This document shows positions 46,800 to 62,065 of a DNA stretch of 64,000 bases, in pieces (within the stretch, counting starts at the first letter, position 1; each line of letters starts with the position of its first letter). Under the pieces are notes generated by a model. That model was not told the origin of the DNA. It was given only the letters and a program-made list of their open reading frames with translations, and ran no database searches. The stretch lies in NCBI RefSeq assembly GCF_009914755.1, contig NC_060939.1; one strand, written 5' to 3'. Source of the DNA: the human T2T-CHM13v2.0 reference genome, Homo sapiens. Made by a program: the position numbers and the translations under genes.

Positions 46800-48970
46800 G
46801 TGTTTGGTTTTTTTTCTTGCTGATTTGTTCCAATTCTTTGTAGATTCTGGATATTAGTCCTCTGTTGGATGCATAGTTTGTGAAGATTTTCTCCCACTCT
46901 GTGGGTTGTCTGTTTACTCTGCTGATTATTTATTTTGATGTGCAGAAGGCTTTCAGTTTAATTAAGTCCCATCTATTTATCTTTGTTGTGTTTGCTTTTG
47001 GGTTCTTGATTGTGAAGTCTTTGCCTAAGCCAATGTCTAGAAGTGTTTTTCCAATCTTATCTTCTAGAATTTTTATGGTTTCAGGTCTTAGATTTAAGTC
47101 TGTGAACCATCTTGAGTTGATTTGTTTATAAGGTGAGAGATGAGGATCCAGTTGCATTCTTCTACATGTGGCTTGCCAATTATACCAGCACCATTTGTTG
47201 AATAGGGTGTCCTTTCCCCACTTTATGTTTTTGCTTGCTTTGTCAAAGATCAGTTGGCTGAAAGTATTTGGCTTTATTTCTGGGTTCTCTATTCTATTCC
47301 ATTGGTCTATATGCCTATTTTTATACCAGTACCATGCTGTTTTGGTGACTATGGCCTTATAGTATAGTTTGAAGTCGAGTAATGTGATGCCTCTAGATTT
47401 ATTCTTTTTGCTTAGTCTTGCTTTGGCTGTGTGGGCTCTTTTTTGGTTCCATGTGAATTTTAGCCTTGTTTTTTCTAGTTCTGTGAAGAATGATGGTGGT
47501 ATTTTGATGGGAATTGCATTGAATTTGTAGGTCGCTTTTGGCAGTATGGTCGTTTTCACACTGTTGACTCTATCATTCATGGTGAACAGCAGGGGGTGTG
47601 GGTAGGACCCATGGGAGACAGACTTGTTTCTTCTTTGTGGTCGACTGCAGCTTGTTGGAGGTGTGGATAAAGCACTGGGGTCTTTGCTCCTTTGTTAGTT
47701 CAAGGGTAGCAGGGGTAGTACCACTGTAGAGGCAGTGGCAGAGGGGCTTTTGGTTGACCCTGGGGGCTCCATCTCCAGGTGGAGCTGCTATTACTGGGAA
47801 TGTTCAGCCTGGGGGATGGAGCAGCTGTACTGCTGGTGTGAGGTTAGGGCTCTGCTTGTTGGGGATCAGGGGGTTTAGGGCTCACTGGGAGAAGAGACTG
47901 GTCTCCTCTCCATATGGGAACTGTGGCATGCTGTAAGTTCAGGTGCAGCCTTCAGGCGCTTTGTTTCTTTCCAAGCCTGAGGACAGCATGGATAGAACTG
48001 CTGCTGTGACAGGGGCAGAGAGGCTGTCGTTTGCCTCTGGGAGCCTCTCCCTAGGGAAAGTCTGGGCCACTGCCAGTAGGTAAGCTCAGCTGTGGGTGGG
48101 GCAACTGATCTGCAGTTATGAGCTGGGTGCTGTGCCTGGTGGAGTGGGTGGTGGGGGTTCCCAGGGGAGGGGGCTGGATTCCTCTCTGTATGGTGGCTGT
48201 GGTGTGCTGAAGGTGCCACTGTAGTGATTAGACTCTTAGTTCCTTCTGCAGCCCAAGGGCTGTTATGGTGGTACCACTACAATTGCAGTGGTTGTGAATT
48301 GACTCTGGTATTTCCTCCTTGGAGAAATGCTGGGCTACTTCTTATTGAAGTGGTCAGGTGGGGGGCAGGGTAGTTGTACAGGAGTCCCAGGCCAGGCGGC
48401 CCTGTTTGGTAAGGAGAAGTGAGGACTGAAAACTGCAGGAAGAAAAATGCAGCCACTCTTCCGTGAGGCAGGTGCTCTGTGCTGGGGGTTCAGACCAACC
48501 CCTGGTCCCTGTGGACTCTCCAGGGTGAGGGCTGCGAGATTGGTTTTCTTATTAGATGATCTGTTTAATGCTGAAAGTGGGGTGTTGAAGTCCTTCACTA
48601 TTATTATATTTGAGTCTACCTCTCTGTTTTGACCTAGTAGTATTTGCTTTATGAATCTGGCTGCTCCAGTGTTGGCTGCATATATATTTAAAATTGTTAT
48701 ATCCTCTTTCTGGATTGATTCCTTTATCGTTGTATAATAAGCATTTTTGTCTTTTTTCTAAAGCTAGTTTTGACTTAAAGTCTGTTTTGTCTGACATAAG
48801 TATAGCTACTCCTACTCATTTTGGTTTCTGTTCATGGAATACCTTTTTCCATCTCTTTTCTTTTAGTTAATATGTGTTTTACAGGTAAAGTGCATTTGTT
48901 CAGGGAAGCACATAGTCAGGTCATAGTTAAAATTCATTCAGTCAGTCTATATCTTTCAGGTGGAGAATTT
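46800..48970 (-). mobile_element. Mosaic of L1 pieces: ORF2 C-terminal part, 5'UTR-like segment, endonuclease start
   Basis: ORF 46930-47580 ([15 protein letters not shown]...[16 protein letters not shown]), GC-rich 47580-48540, ORF 48552-48797 (SDKTDFK). Confidence 0.8.
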
Positions 48971-49009
48971 AGAAGAAATATATATTTTTTAAAATTAGTT
49001 AATTTTTTA

Positions 49010-49144
49010 TTTTTGTTTGTTTTTTGTACAGATAGGGTCTCACTGTGTTGACCAGGCTGCACTTGAACCTCTGACCTCAAGCAATCCTTCTGCCTTGGCC
49101 TCCCAAAGTGCTGGAATTATAGTCATGAGCCACCACACCCAGCC
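49010..49144 (-). mobile_element. FLAM/AluJ monomer
   Basis: GATAGGGTCTCACTGTGTTGACCAGGCTG...GCCTCCCAAAGTGCTGG. Confidence 0.85.
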
Positions 49145-50235
49145 CCTAAGTGGACATTTAATCCATGTACATTCAAGGTTATTATTGTCTATATTTGATA
49201 TAATCAAATACTTAGTCATTTTAAAATTATTTTAATAGTTTCAAATATATTTGTTAAATTTGCTCTATTTGAATCAGGATCTAAAGAAGTTTCAAAGTTG
49301 CATTGGCTAATATATCTTTTTAGTTTTTAAAAATATATATGAATTCCTTTCTCCTGCTTTTTAGCTCTGTGTATTTGCTGAATAATCCAGGATATTCATC
49401 CTGTTGAATATTCCATACCTTGTGATTATCTTATTAAACCCTACGGTGTTCTTGCATGTTTCTCTCTTTGACATATTTCCTGTATATTATCATAAAATAG
49501 AGAATATTTACCAATTAGGCTCATTTCTAGTTGGTTCTATGTGCTCCATATTATACTTTATGTGTATTCACTTCATGTGATATAAAAATTGATCAGTAGG
49601 TTCAGGTATTTTCAGCTGATTCATTCCATATATGTTTTCTTCTGAAACAGTTACTCGTCATTTTAGCTTCTATTGGTTGTTATCTTAGGCCCATTAATTC
49701 ATTGGGTTCCAAATGAATTTGTCTGTATGTTAGTGTCCTATGAAACAATTCTTTTCTCCGATGTTTTATAACTTAATTAAAATGCCAGATCTTGATTTTT
49801 AGCAGTTGTAATTTTTTTCTGTTAATTTAATTACATTTTTAAGTTACATAAAACAGCTACATGATTTCAAAGTCAAAAATATAAAATAAGATGTATTCAG
49901 AATAACTTTTATCCCTGTGCCTTGCCCTGTTTCCTCCTCCTGCCATAAGAAAATTATATATGGATTATGTTTTTGCCATTTTAAGTATGCTTATTTAAAT
50001 ATTTATAAAATATATACTTATATATGCATGTAAATCCAATGTATTTATCCCTGTTTTAACATAAAAATAACATTCTGGTGTCACTTTTTTGTTTCTTTTC
50101 AGTTAAGGTATACCTTGTAGATTACTTTAGAGTAGTATTTGGAGATATTTCTCACTCATTTTATAGTTGCTTCATACTCTATTGCGTACAAGTTTTGCAA
50201 GTAGTACTCACTAATTGTCATTTGGTTACTTTCCT

Positions 50236-50534
50236 TTTTTTTTTTTTTTTTTGAGATGGAGTCTTGCTCTGTCATCCTGGCTGGAGTGCAGAGGCACGTT
50301 CTGGGCTCACTGAAACCTCTGCCTCCCAGGTTCAAGCGATCCTCCCACCTCAGCCTCTCAAGTAGCTGGAATTACAAGTGTGCACCACCACACCCGGCTA
50401 ATTTTTGTATTTTTGGTAGAGATGGGGTTTCGCCATGTTAGCCACGCTGGTCTTGAATTCCTGGCCTCAAGTGATCTGCCCGCCTCAGCCTCCCAAAATG
50501 CTGGGATCACAGGCATGAGCCACCACGCCCGGCC
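50236..50534 (-). mobile_element. Alu (AluJ/Sx-like)
   Basis: Full dimer with T tail and TSD TACTTTCC. Confidence 0.93.
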
Positions 50535-50655
50535 TACTTTCCGTTCTTTACTATGAAAAACAATGCTTCAATGAATAGACTTGTGTGCATCAATTATTTT
50601 GTATTTTTGCCAATATATCTTTAGGATAGAAGTAGGATTGCTAGACCAAAAGTCA

Positions 50656-53587
<2,932 letters not shown>

Positions 53588-53749
53588 AAGAGTGCCTCTC
53601 TCTACAGCTTCATCAACAGGTTGGATTATCAAATATTGAGGTCAGATATTTGATATTTTATAGGTTAGAACTGATATTTAAGTATCATTTTACTTTGCAT
53701 GCATCTTAATCTGAGAGACTTGAACATTTTTTTCATATATTTAAAGATA

Positions 53750-54425
53750 GTTTAACATGTGCTGGTGAGGCTACAGAGAATGGGGAACACTTCTACACTG
53801 CTGGTGGGAATGCAACTTAGTCCAGCCACTGTGGAGAACAGTCTGGGGATTTCTCAAAGAACTAAGAGTTAAACTACCACTCGATCCAGCAATTCCATCA
53901 CCGCATATATGCCCAAAGGAAAATACATTGTTTTACCAAAAAGACACATGAACTTGTATGGGTTGTCCCAGTGCTATTCACAATAGCAAAGACATGGAAT
54001 CCACCTGGGTGCCCAACAACTTTGGACTAGATAAAGTAAATGTGGTACAAATCCACCACAAAATATATGCAGCTAATAAGAAGAAAGTCACATCCTTTGC
54101 AGCAGCATGAATGCAGTTGGAGGCCATTATCCTAAGTGAATTAACACTGAAACAGAAAACCAAATACCACATGTTCTCACCTACAAGGGGGAGCTAAGCA
54201 TCGAGTACACATGGACATAAAGATGAGAGAAACAGACACCACAGAGTAGCAGAGGGAGGATGGAGGAAGAGGGGAAAGAGTTGAAAAACTACATATTGGG
54301 TATTATTCTTGCTACCTGGGAGGTGGAATCATTTGTACTCCAGACCTTAGTATCATGCAATATACCTTTGTCTCAAACCTGCACATGTACCCTCTGAACC
54401 TATAATGAAATTAGAAAGAAAACCC
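53750..54425 (+). mobile_element. Older L1PA/PB 3' end
   Basis: ORF2 end and 3'UTR, e.g. GGAGGCCATTATCCTAAGTGAATTAAC...AAACCTGCACATGTACCCTCTGAACC. Confidence 0.85.
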
Positions 54426-54538
54426 CAAATATGGTCATTGTAGTCCAGAAGCTAAGATGTGGTATAACTGAATGGTTTATCAATTAGGAATGGATGTAAA
54501 AGTAACAATCTCTGTTCTTGATTTTAAGACCAGGTCTA

Positions 54539-55244
54539 TGTGCCACATTTTATCTAGTCTAACACTGATGGGCATTTGGGTTGGTTCCAAGTCTTCCCTA
54601 TTGTGAATAGTGCTGCAATAAACATACCTGTGCATGTGTCTTTATAGTAGAATGACTTACAATCGTTTGGGTATATACCCAGTAATGGGATTGCTGGGTC
54701 AAATGGTATTTCTAGTTTTAGATCCTTGAGGAATCACCACACTGTCTTCCACAATGGTTGAACTAATGTACGCTCCCACCAACAGTGTAAAAGCATTCCT
54801 ATTTCTCCACATCCTCTCCAGCATCTATTGTTTCCTGACTTTTTAATGATTGCCATTCTAACTGGTGTGAGATGGCATCTCATTGTGGTTTTGATTTGCA
54901 TTTCTTGCAGCCATAAAAAAGAATGAGTTCATGTCCTTTGCAGGGACATGGATGAAGCTGGAAACCATCATTCTCCGCAAACTAACACAAGAACAGAAAA
55001 CCAAACACCGCATGTTCTCACTCATAAGTGGGAGTTGACCAATGAGAACATATGGGCACAGGGAAGGGAATATCACACACCAGGGCCTGTCGGGGGGTGG
55101 GAGGCAAGGAGAGGGATAACGTTAGGAGAAATACCTAATGTAGATGATGAATTGATGGGTGCAGCAAACAACCATGGCACGTGTATACCTGTGTAACAAA
55201 CCTGTACATTCTGCACATGTATCCCAGAACTTAAACTATTAAAA
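54539..55244 (+). mobile_element. 5'-inverted (twin-primed) truncated L1PA
   Basis: Antisense 54539-54905, then sense 54906-55244. TSD AAGACCAGG(T/C)CTA at 54526-54538 and 55245-55257. Confidence 0.92.
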
Positions 55245-55266
55245 AAGACCAGGCCTAATTCAGATA

Positions 55267-55267
<1 letters not shown>

Positions 55268-55297
<30 letters not shown>

Positions 55298-55337
55298 TGT
55301 ATGTATATATGTGTGTATATATATATACACATATACA
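55268..55337. repeat. (ATGT)n plus TA/CA microsatellite
   Basis: Direct reading of the sequence. Confidence 0.95.
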
Positions 55338-57438
55338 CACATATATGTATATATATAAAAGAGTAACATATTTTACTACATAGATTCCAAACTTTTCTGC
55401 CTGCCTCCTTCCCAGGGGAGGGATGCCCATAACTTCTGGTCAAATTTCAGGAGAAATTCTGAATATACTGGTTTCTCCCATGGCGTTGTACACATTAATG
55501 CCCTTAGCAGTTAAATGAATTATGAATAAATTAGGGGTAAATTTTACAAATAAATGAAAAATAAAAGTTTTTTGCCTACAACTGTAAAAAAAAAAAAGAC
55601 TGATTCTCCTTATGTATGAACTGTAAGTTTAACTGTTTTGCCCATTTTCCTATTAATATTTTGGGTTTTGTTTTAGAAGTTCCCTATGTGTTAGAAGTGC
55701 TAGTCTATTATGTGAGTTACAAGTAGTTTCTTCCCACTTTTAAATTTTCTCATAGTTTTATTACGCATTAAAAATTAATTTGATAGTCAATGTTATCCAT
55801 CTTTACCATATTCATAGATTATAAAAACATTAACTTGTTTTCTTTTAATATTTGCATAGTTTTTTTGAAAAAAGAGTTATGTCTTGAATTCACTTAGAGA
55901 TTGTCCTGGCATTTGGTGTAGCAAATAAATTAAATATATCTTTTCCCATATTGCTATCCAATTATCCCACCATCACATTAGTAGGCCTTTCCCCCCTGCA
56001 CTGATTTGAGATACTGTCATTATTATTTACTACTTTTATTATGTGTTTTTAATCTGCTTATAAATTTTCTATTCTACTTTTCCTAAGATAAACATAATTT
56101 TGACCCTTTTATCATCTGACTCTCCTTATCTATTAATTCAAGTCACATTTTGACAAACTAGATTCCTTTTTTCTTAGAATATTTAGTGTTCAATTTTATT
56201 CTGGCTCAGTGATTCTCCCTGGAAAGAGAAGATATTTGTCAGAATCATTTGCTAAGGTTTTTTTTTTTTTTCAATTTATATTTTCCTTCTATCTTAAATT
56301 TTCATCATGCCTTTCTAGGGTGGTAAGGTGGAAGTATATGAGTACACACTTGCACACAAATATACACACTTCCACTCACAAGTACAGTATCCCAAATGAG
56401 CATCTGTTAAGATTGGGATGTGTCATATTTCACAAGAATGTTGGGAAAAAGTAAAGTTTGAAACTTTTGGCTTTGTTAATATATAGGATTTTAATAGTAT
56501 CTAATGTTTATTCATGCTTAATATGTCTCGAAGTGGGCTATTTGATTTATATCTATTTTGTCATTTTCCTTCATAATAACCATGCATAATAGGTATAATC
56601 TCCTGTTTATAAATGTAGAAACTAAAGCTCATGAAAGCTACGTAATGTGCCCAAAATCATGATTAATAAGAGTCAGTAGAGTTGAATCCAGCTCTTTGTT
56701 TTTTACTTTAAAGCCTGTGCTTTTAAACATTAACCATGGAAAATGACATAGATGGATCCAAGTAATATACTTTGTGCCAACATGATGAGAGCCTGGATCC
56801 CTCTAAATTCTTTCTACTGCTTATGAGCAGTTATACCACAGATGTCTAGGACCTAGAAGGCACATTTCACATTGGCAAACTTACTCTTCCACTCACTCCT
56901 GATAATGCCCTCATGGATTCTGGGTTGTTATAGTGGTGGGAGGTGAAGTATAAACTTATAATGGGAGGCGTTTGTTTTTCAACCTCTTAAAAGTTGACAT
57001 ATATCTCCTTACCACTAAGCATATATTTTTTAAATTAAGATGTGACAGTTCTTTTTTTATGTTTTTCACAAAATGGACCAAATAAATTTTTTTTTAAATT
57101 TATAAGCTAGGCTATATTTTCTCTCCTTTCTTCTACTAAACTTAGGATCACACAGGAAGGAACAGGTGTACACAAATACTAATATATTTATGCCTTTCTT
57201 CATTCTAAGAATTAGCAAAAGAATATTTTGAAAGCATAATAACTTTGTATCTGTATTCCAAAATATAACACACAAGTTGTTGAAAGATAAATTGAGGCAA
57301 TGTATGTGGAAGTTCCTAGACAATTACTAAATTATATGGGAATGGAGGGCACAATTTTCATGAGCTTTACTAAATAACTTACCAACTTCACTATATTTTG
57401 TGTCATTATCTGAGATTAATCTCACAGTTATATAAGAT

Positions 57439-58356
57439 CTAAAACTTTACACTAGAATGTGCATCCCATTTTCTCAGCCGTCTTATTGCCGTCTTCATGT
57501 CTTTGTTCCTCAGTGTGTATATAATTGGGTTCAAGAGAGGGGTGATCACAGAATAAAATACAGCAAGGAATTTATCTAATGACTTGATGGGGAATGGCCA
57601 GGCATAAATAAAGACACATGGTCCAAAGAACAAAAGAACTACTGTAATGTGAGCAGTCAAAGTGGACAGAGCTTTGGACGACTTATCTAAAGGGCAATGC
57701 TGGATGGTCATTAGGATGATAGTGTATGAGATGATTAGAAGAACAAAAGAACACACAGTGAGCACACCACTGTTAGCAATGACCATAATATCTAGCCTGT
57801 AGGTATCTGTACAGGCAAGTTTGATTACCCTAGGAAGGTCACAATAAAAACTATCGACCTCATTGGGACCACAGAAGGGTAAGTGCACGGCAAAGGCCAA
57901 CTGGCTCACCGAATGGAGAAAGCCAATTCCCCATGCGACAGCCATAATGCCGACACATGCGTTGCCACACATAATTGTAGTGTAGTGTAGGGGTTTGCAT
58001 ATTGCTATATATCTGTCAAAGCCCATGGCTATGAGGATCACCATCTCACTCCCACCAAAGAAGTGAAGGAGAAATATCTGAACAAGGCAGCCCTTGAAAG
58101 AGATGACTTTGCGCTGGCTGAAAAAGTCAGTAATCATCTTGGGGGCTGTGACTGAAGACAGAGACAGATCAATGAGTGAGAGGTTGGCTAGCAGGAAGTA
58201 CATGGGAGAGTGAAGGTGGGAGTCAGATACCACTGTTATGACAATAAGAAGGTTTCCAAACACGATTCCTCCATAGAATACAAAAAACAACATAAATAGG
58301 AAGGTCTGGAGTTCCTGAGAATCAGAGAGACCCAGAAAAATGAATTCAGTCACCAT
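57439..58356 (-). CDS. OR4F4: Olfactory receptor 4F4 (intact 305-aa ORF; true N-terminus probably extends upstream)
   Basis: OR motifs [64 protein letters not shown] fit OR4F4 better than OR4F5 or OR4F17 as I recall them. Confidence 0.9.
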   Translation of the reverse strand: MVTEFIFLGLSDSQELQTFLFMLFFVFYGGIVFGNLLIVITVVSDSHLHSPMYFLLANLSLIDLSLSSVTAPKMITDFFSQRKVISFKGCLVQIFLLHFFGGSEMVILIAMGFDRYIAICKPLHYTTIMCGNACVGIMAVAWGIGFLHSVSQLAFAVHLPFCGPNEVDSFYCDLPRVIKLACTDTYRLDIMVIANSGVLTVCSFVLLIISYTIILMTIQHCPLDKSSKALSTLTAHITVVLLFFGPCVFIYAWPFPIKSLDKFLAVFYSVITPLLNPIIYTLRNKDMKTAIRRLRKWDAHSSVKF

Positions 58357-58410
58357 AGAGTTATTCGTTTCACTCGTTGATTCATTCCAGGAAATAGCCT
58401 CTGCAGTTAC

Positions 58411-58440
58411 CTTGAAGAAGAGAAGGAGAAGGAAGTCAGA
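58411..58440 (-). promoter_or_regulatory. Splice acceptor of the OR4F4 main exon
   Basis: TCTGACTTCCTTCTCCTTCTCTTCTTCAAG|GTA: branch-like CTGAC, polypyrimidine tract, AG. Confidence 0.8.
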
Positions 58441-60434
58441 ATTATTATATTCAAATTCAAAGCCTCATTTTATATCATTCTGCTCACTCTTACAGTGACT
58501 TTCTATAATCTATTACTTAAAGACATTCAGAATTCAACAAGATCATAATTTTGTCTCGCACTACTTCCCTGGCTATGCCTTATAATTCAGTTATCTCAGC
58601 TTCTCAGTGTCTCCATTAATGTTAGGTTTATTCCTAATATAAAATACCATTATTTATGCTTGTCTCTCTGCCAGATTAAGTCTATGCCATAACTCTATGT
58701 TTATCTCCTTTTTCTTTGAACTACAAAACAGTTTGTAGCACGCATGTTATTTGGTGATATTAAAGTTCTTAAGAGAAAAAAATAGGCCAAAATGAAATGA
58801 AAGATAAAAAATAGAAAAAAAGAAAAAATAGTATCACAAATATAATACTTAAAAATTAACAGAGGATAAAAGAATAGGGAATTCAAAAGTGAAGTGAGAA
58901 AAAGTGAGGAAAATGCAATAAAGTTTAAATGAGAGAAAGTGTGAAGGACTTTCATAGGAGATAAAACTGGTAAGAGATTTTGGAATGCTTTCTAAAGCAT
59001 TTCTGTTTTATTATAGAGACAAGAACTACTGAAAAATTTTGAATGATTGTTTAATTTAGCTCTGGACTCAATGTGAATTGGAAGGGAGGGAGCTTGGAAT
59101 TGGAAGGGAGGGAGCTGATAATAATTATAACAAGCACTAGTATAACAATACTTTACATAGAGATCCCTTTTAGGAGCAGAAATAAATACAGAAAAAGGTA
59201 AAGGATAATGATGACTGTCTAGACACAAGGAGGTATTGTTGGGGCATCTTTGTAAGTTGCTATCTGCCAGGTGAGAGACTGAACACTGACTTCTGGGCAT
59301 GAGTTGAGAGCCATTTCAATTGTGTATGGAGGAGAGAAAATAAGTACTGTTTCAAGAAGTTTTGCAGTGAAGAGAAGTAACAAATAAAAGGTGTCCTGAA
59401 AGTGAGGCATAGCCATATTAACAATCTTTGGATTAGGTATAAGAGTTAATGGGCAAGTAAGATGTAAAAGGGAGAAGTGGAAATTGATCACTAACATTCC
59501 ACGGGAGACATGAAGGTATAGAGTTTACACTTGCCATCTTTTTTGGAGGAATACTGTTATTTGATTTTTGCTGTTTTTTAAAGAACAGTAATTCATAGTG
59601 CTTGGAAATTCTACTTTTCTCTTTACTACTCTGAATCCCATTTCTTAGTCCTACACACTCAAGCAGCACATTACTGTTTTTAAAGTCCTATAAAAATTTA
59701 GTGATCTTAAATATTTTTAAGAATAAAGAGAAGTCTAATAGTGGAATAAATCATGAACATTCACTTCAGTTCTCTTCTGCTTAGCACGGTAATAAATATA
59801 ATCATACTAATCATTGACAGTACAAATGATAGGATTTTTATTGTGAGATAATTTCTGTCCTGACTGGTTGGTTGGACTGTTTCTTTTGAATCAAAGTGTG
59901 CAATTTAGAATAGACCTTAAATATGCATTGACATAAAATTAATTCATTTCATTGATAGGCAAGGACAATCTTGAAGTTATATCTTCACATGAAATATGCC
60001 AAGGATGAGGTTGACCCGAGGGTTCTCATCTGTAGCAAAAGACTTTCTATCATGGCTGTTAGTAAGAATTCAGGAATGCTATTCTTTAGCAAAAGGAATT
60101 TCTTGCTAACGTAGTTAAGACATCTCTCTCCTGAATTTGTGCTGCTGAGGGGATCCTTCACCACCATAATTCTTTCAAAGCTCATTTCTGACTTTTCAAA
60201 AATTATTCAAAAAAATTTAGAAGAATTGTATTTATTCTAAGTTGAACATTAAGTTTAGGCTTATTAAAGGAGTTCTTCAGAATCTTACACACTCATTGTA
60301 GCAACCATGAAGAGCCAGCCACTGTTGACAGGTAAAATCTTTCATGCCATAGATTATTCATGGAATTCAACCATTAGAATTATATATAATTCTGTGAAAA
60401 TTGCTGTAGTCCCTTGAAGCATAGTAGCATAAAA

Positions 60435-60606
60435 CTGTAAGAGAATAATATGTAGTGAATTGTCCTTTTTAGTAAACCACTTGGTTAATTAAAAGCCCTT
60501 TATGAATGGACTAGATGTACCTGAAGAGATCTGGGAATAGCCAGTCTGAGCTTTGTGTACTGAGACTAACTTTTATAGTCTCACAAGTTTTCCCTTGGCC
60601 ATTAGA
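60435..60606 (-). promoter_or_regulatory. Putative OR4F4 promoter, exon 1 and 86-bp first intron
   Basis: Minus strand: TAATGGCCAAGGGAA (homeodomain plus O/E-like, 60590-60604), TATAAAAG (60570-60577), CCCAGATCTCTTCAG|GTACAT donor at 60520, TTCTCTTACAG acceptor at 60435. Confidence 0.65.
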
Positions 60607-61286
60607 GAAAACACACAGAATTTTCCTGAGTGAGAGGACATTGCCACAATTTTTTGGCCTATTTGGATATTTTTGCTATCTCACTGAGTCTAAAGGTGCT
60701 TTTTAAAGAATCACAGCAAAACAAATATAATAAAGTTACAAAATTAAAATCCAGATAGGTTAACAAGAGAGTAAGTAATAATGCTTCGATTTTATAAAAA
60801 GAGGAATGCTTAGAACTTTTATGACCAACTTGTGGAGAAAATATAGAAAAATTGCTTTAACCAATAAAAAACCTCACTTCTTGTAACTTATTTTATTTTG
60901 CATCTTTAATTACCATGCAGTAGTTAAAAGTGAGCTGAGTGAGTCACCACAATTTATGTTTCTTAAAATAGTCATAGAAATACATCCAAGTGATGTCTCA
61001 GTTGTGTTCCTTGACCACCAAACTTAACAGGTTTTACCTGAAAGATGTCAATCGCCTTCTTTGTCCTAAGCACCTTAAGTTAAGCACAGGCACATTAAAT
61101 GTGCTTTTAAGATCTCAATGGAGTCTCTTCTCCAGGAAATAAATCTCTTCCTATACTTTTAGGTTGTAGATGCTTTTTAAGAGTGACTCGAGAAATGCTT
61201 TGAAGAAGATTTCAAGGGCAATAGGATTGTGTTGTTAAAAAAGTGTAACATAGACAAATTTTGCATAATACAGAGTACTAGAGTCT

Positions 61287-61527
61287 ATTTTTTTTATTAT
61301 ACTTTAAGTTCTAGGGTACATGTGCACAATGTGCAGGTTTGTTACATATGTATACATGTGCCATGTGGGTGTGCTGCACCCATTAACTCGTCATTTAACA
61401 CTAGTTATATCTCCTAATGCTATCCCTCCCCCTTCCCCCCACCCCACAACAGGCCCCGGTGTGTGATGTTCCCCTTCCTGTGTCCATGTGTTCTCATTGT
61501 TCAATTCCCACCTATAAGTGAGAACAT
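61287..61527 (-). mobile_element. Truncated L1PA 3' end
   Basis: TTATACTTTAAGTTCTAGGGTACATGTGCAC...CCCACCTATAAGTGAGAACAT. Confidence 0.92.
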
Positions 61528-62065
61528 TGTACAAAACATATTGACAATCAGCCTGAAAATAATACTTAAGGGTTGTAACAAGCTGTTGACCTTACCATTT
61601 ATCTAACTTAAAGTACAATTAAAATAAAAATTGTTTCTTCCTTGATTTTGGCATTTACTAATTTATATAAACTCATATTTTATCCATTGGATCCACATAA
61701 TTTCCATAAGAAAATTAATTTCCAGTGATGCTTATTATCAGCATAAAAATACTGATAAATAAACCTAGGTCATATATATGTGTATGTGCTTATATACAGA
61801 TATAAAATAACTACATCAAAATTAAAGATAGTCATTGCTGTTAATTAGATACACACATTAGATAGAAATATATACTTTTTATGATTAACAAAAAATGTTG
61901 CAACTTTATCTGAAATACAATTCTTAGATTTAATGCATCCTTTTTGCAGATTTTTCAGTTTTTTCAGGCAATACTAAAAATGTGCGCGTTCCATAGTGAT
62001 CATGGTGATCACAGGAGTCTTGATGGTCCATGGCATTTATCCTGTGCTCTCATCAACCAAATGTG

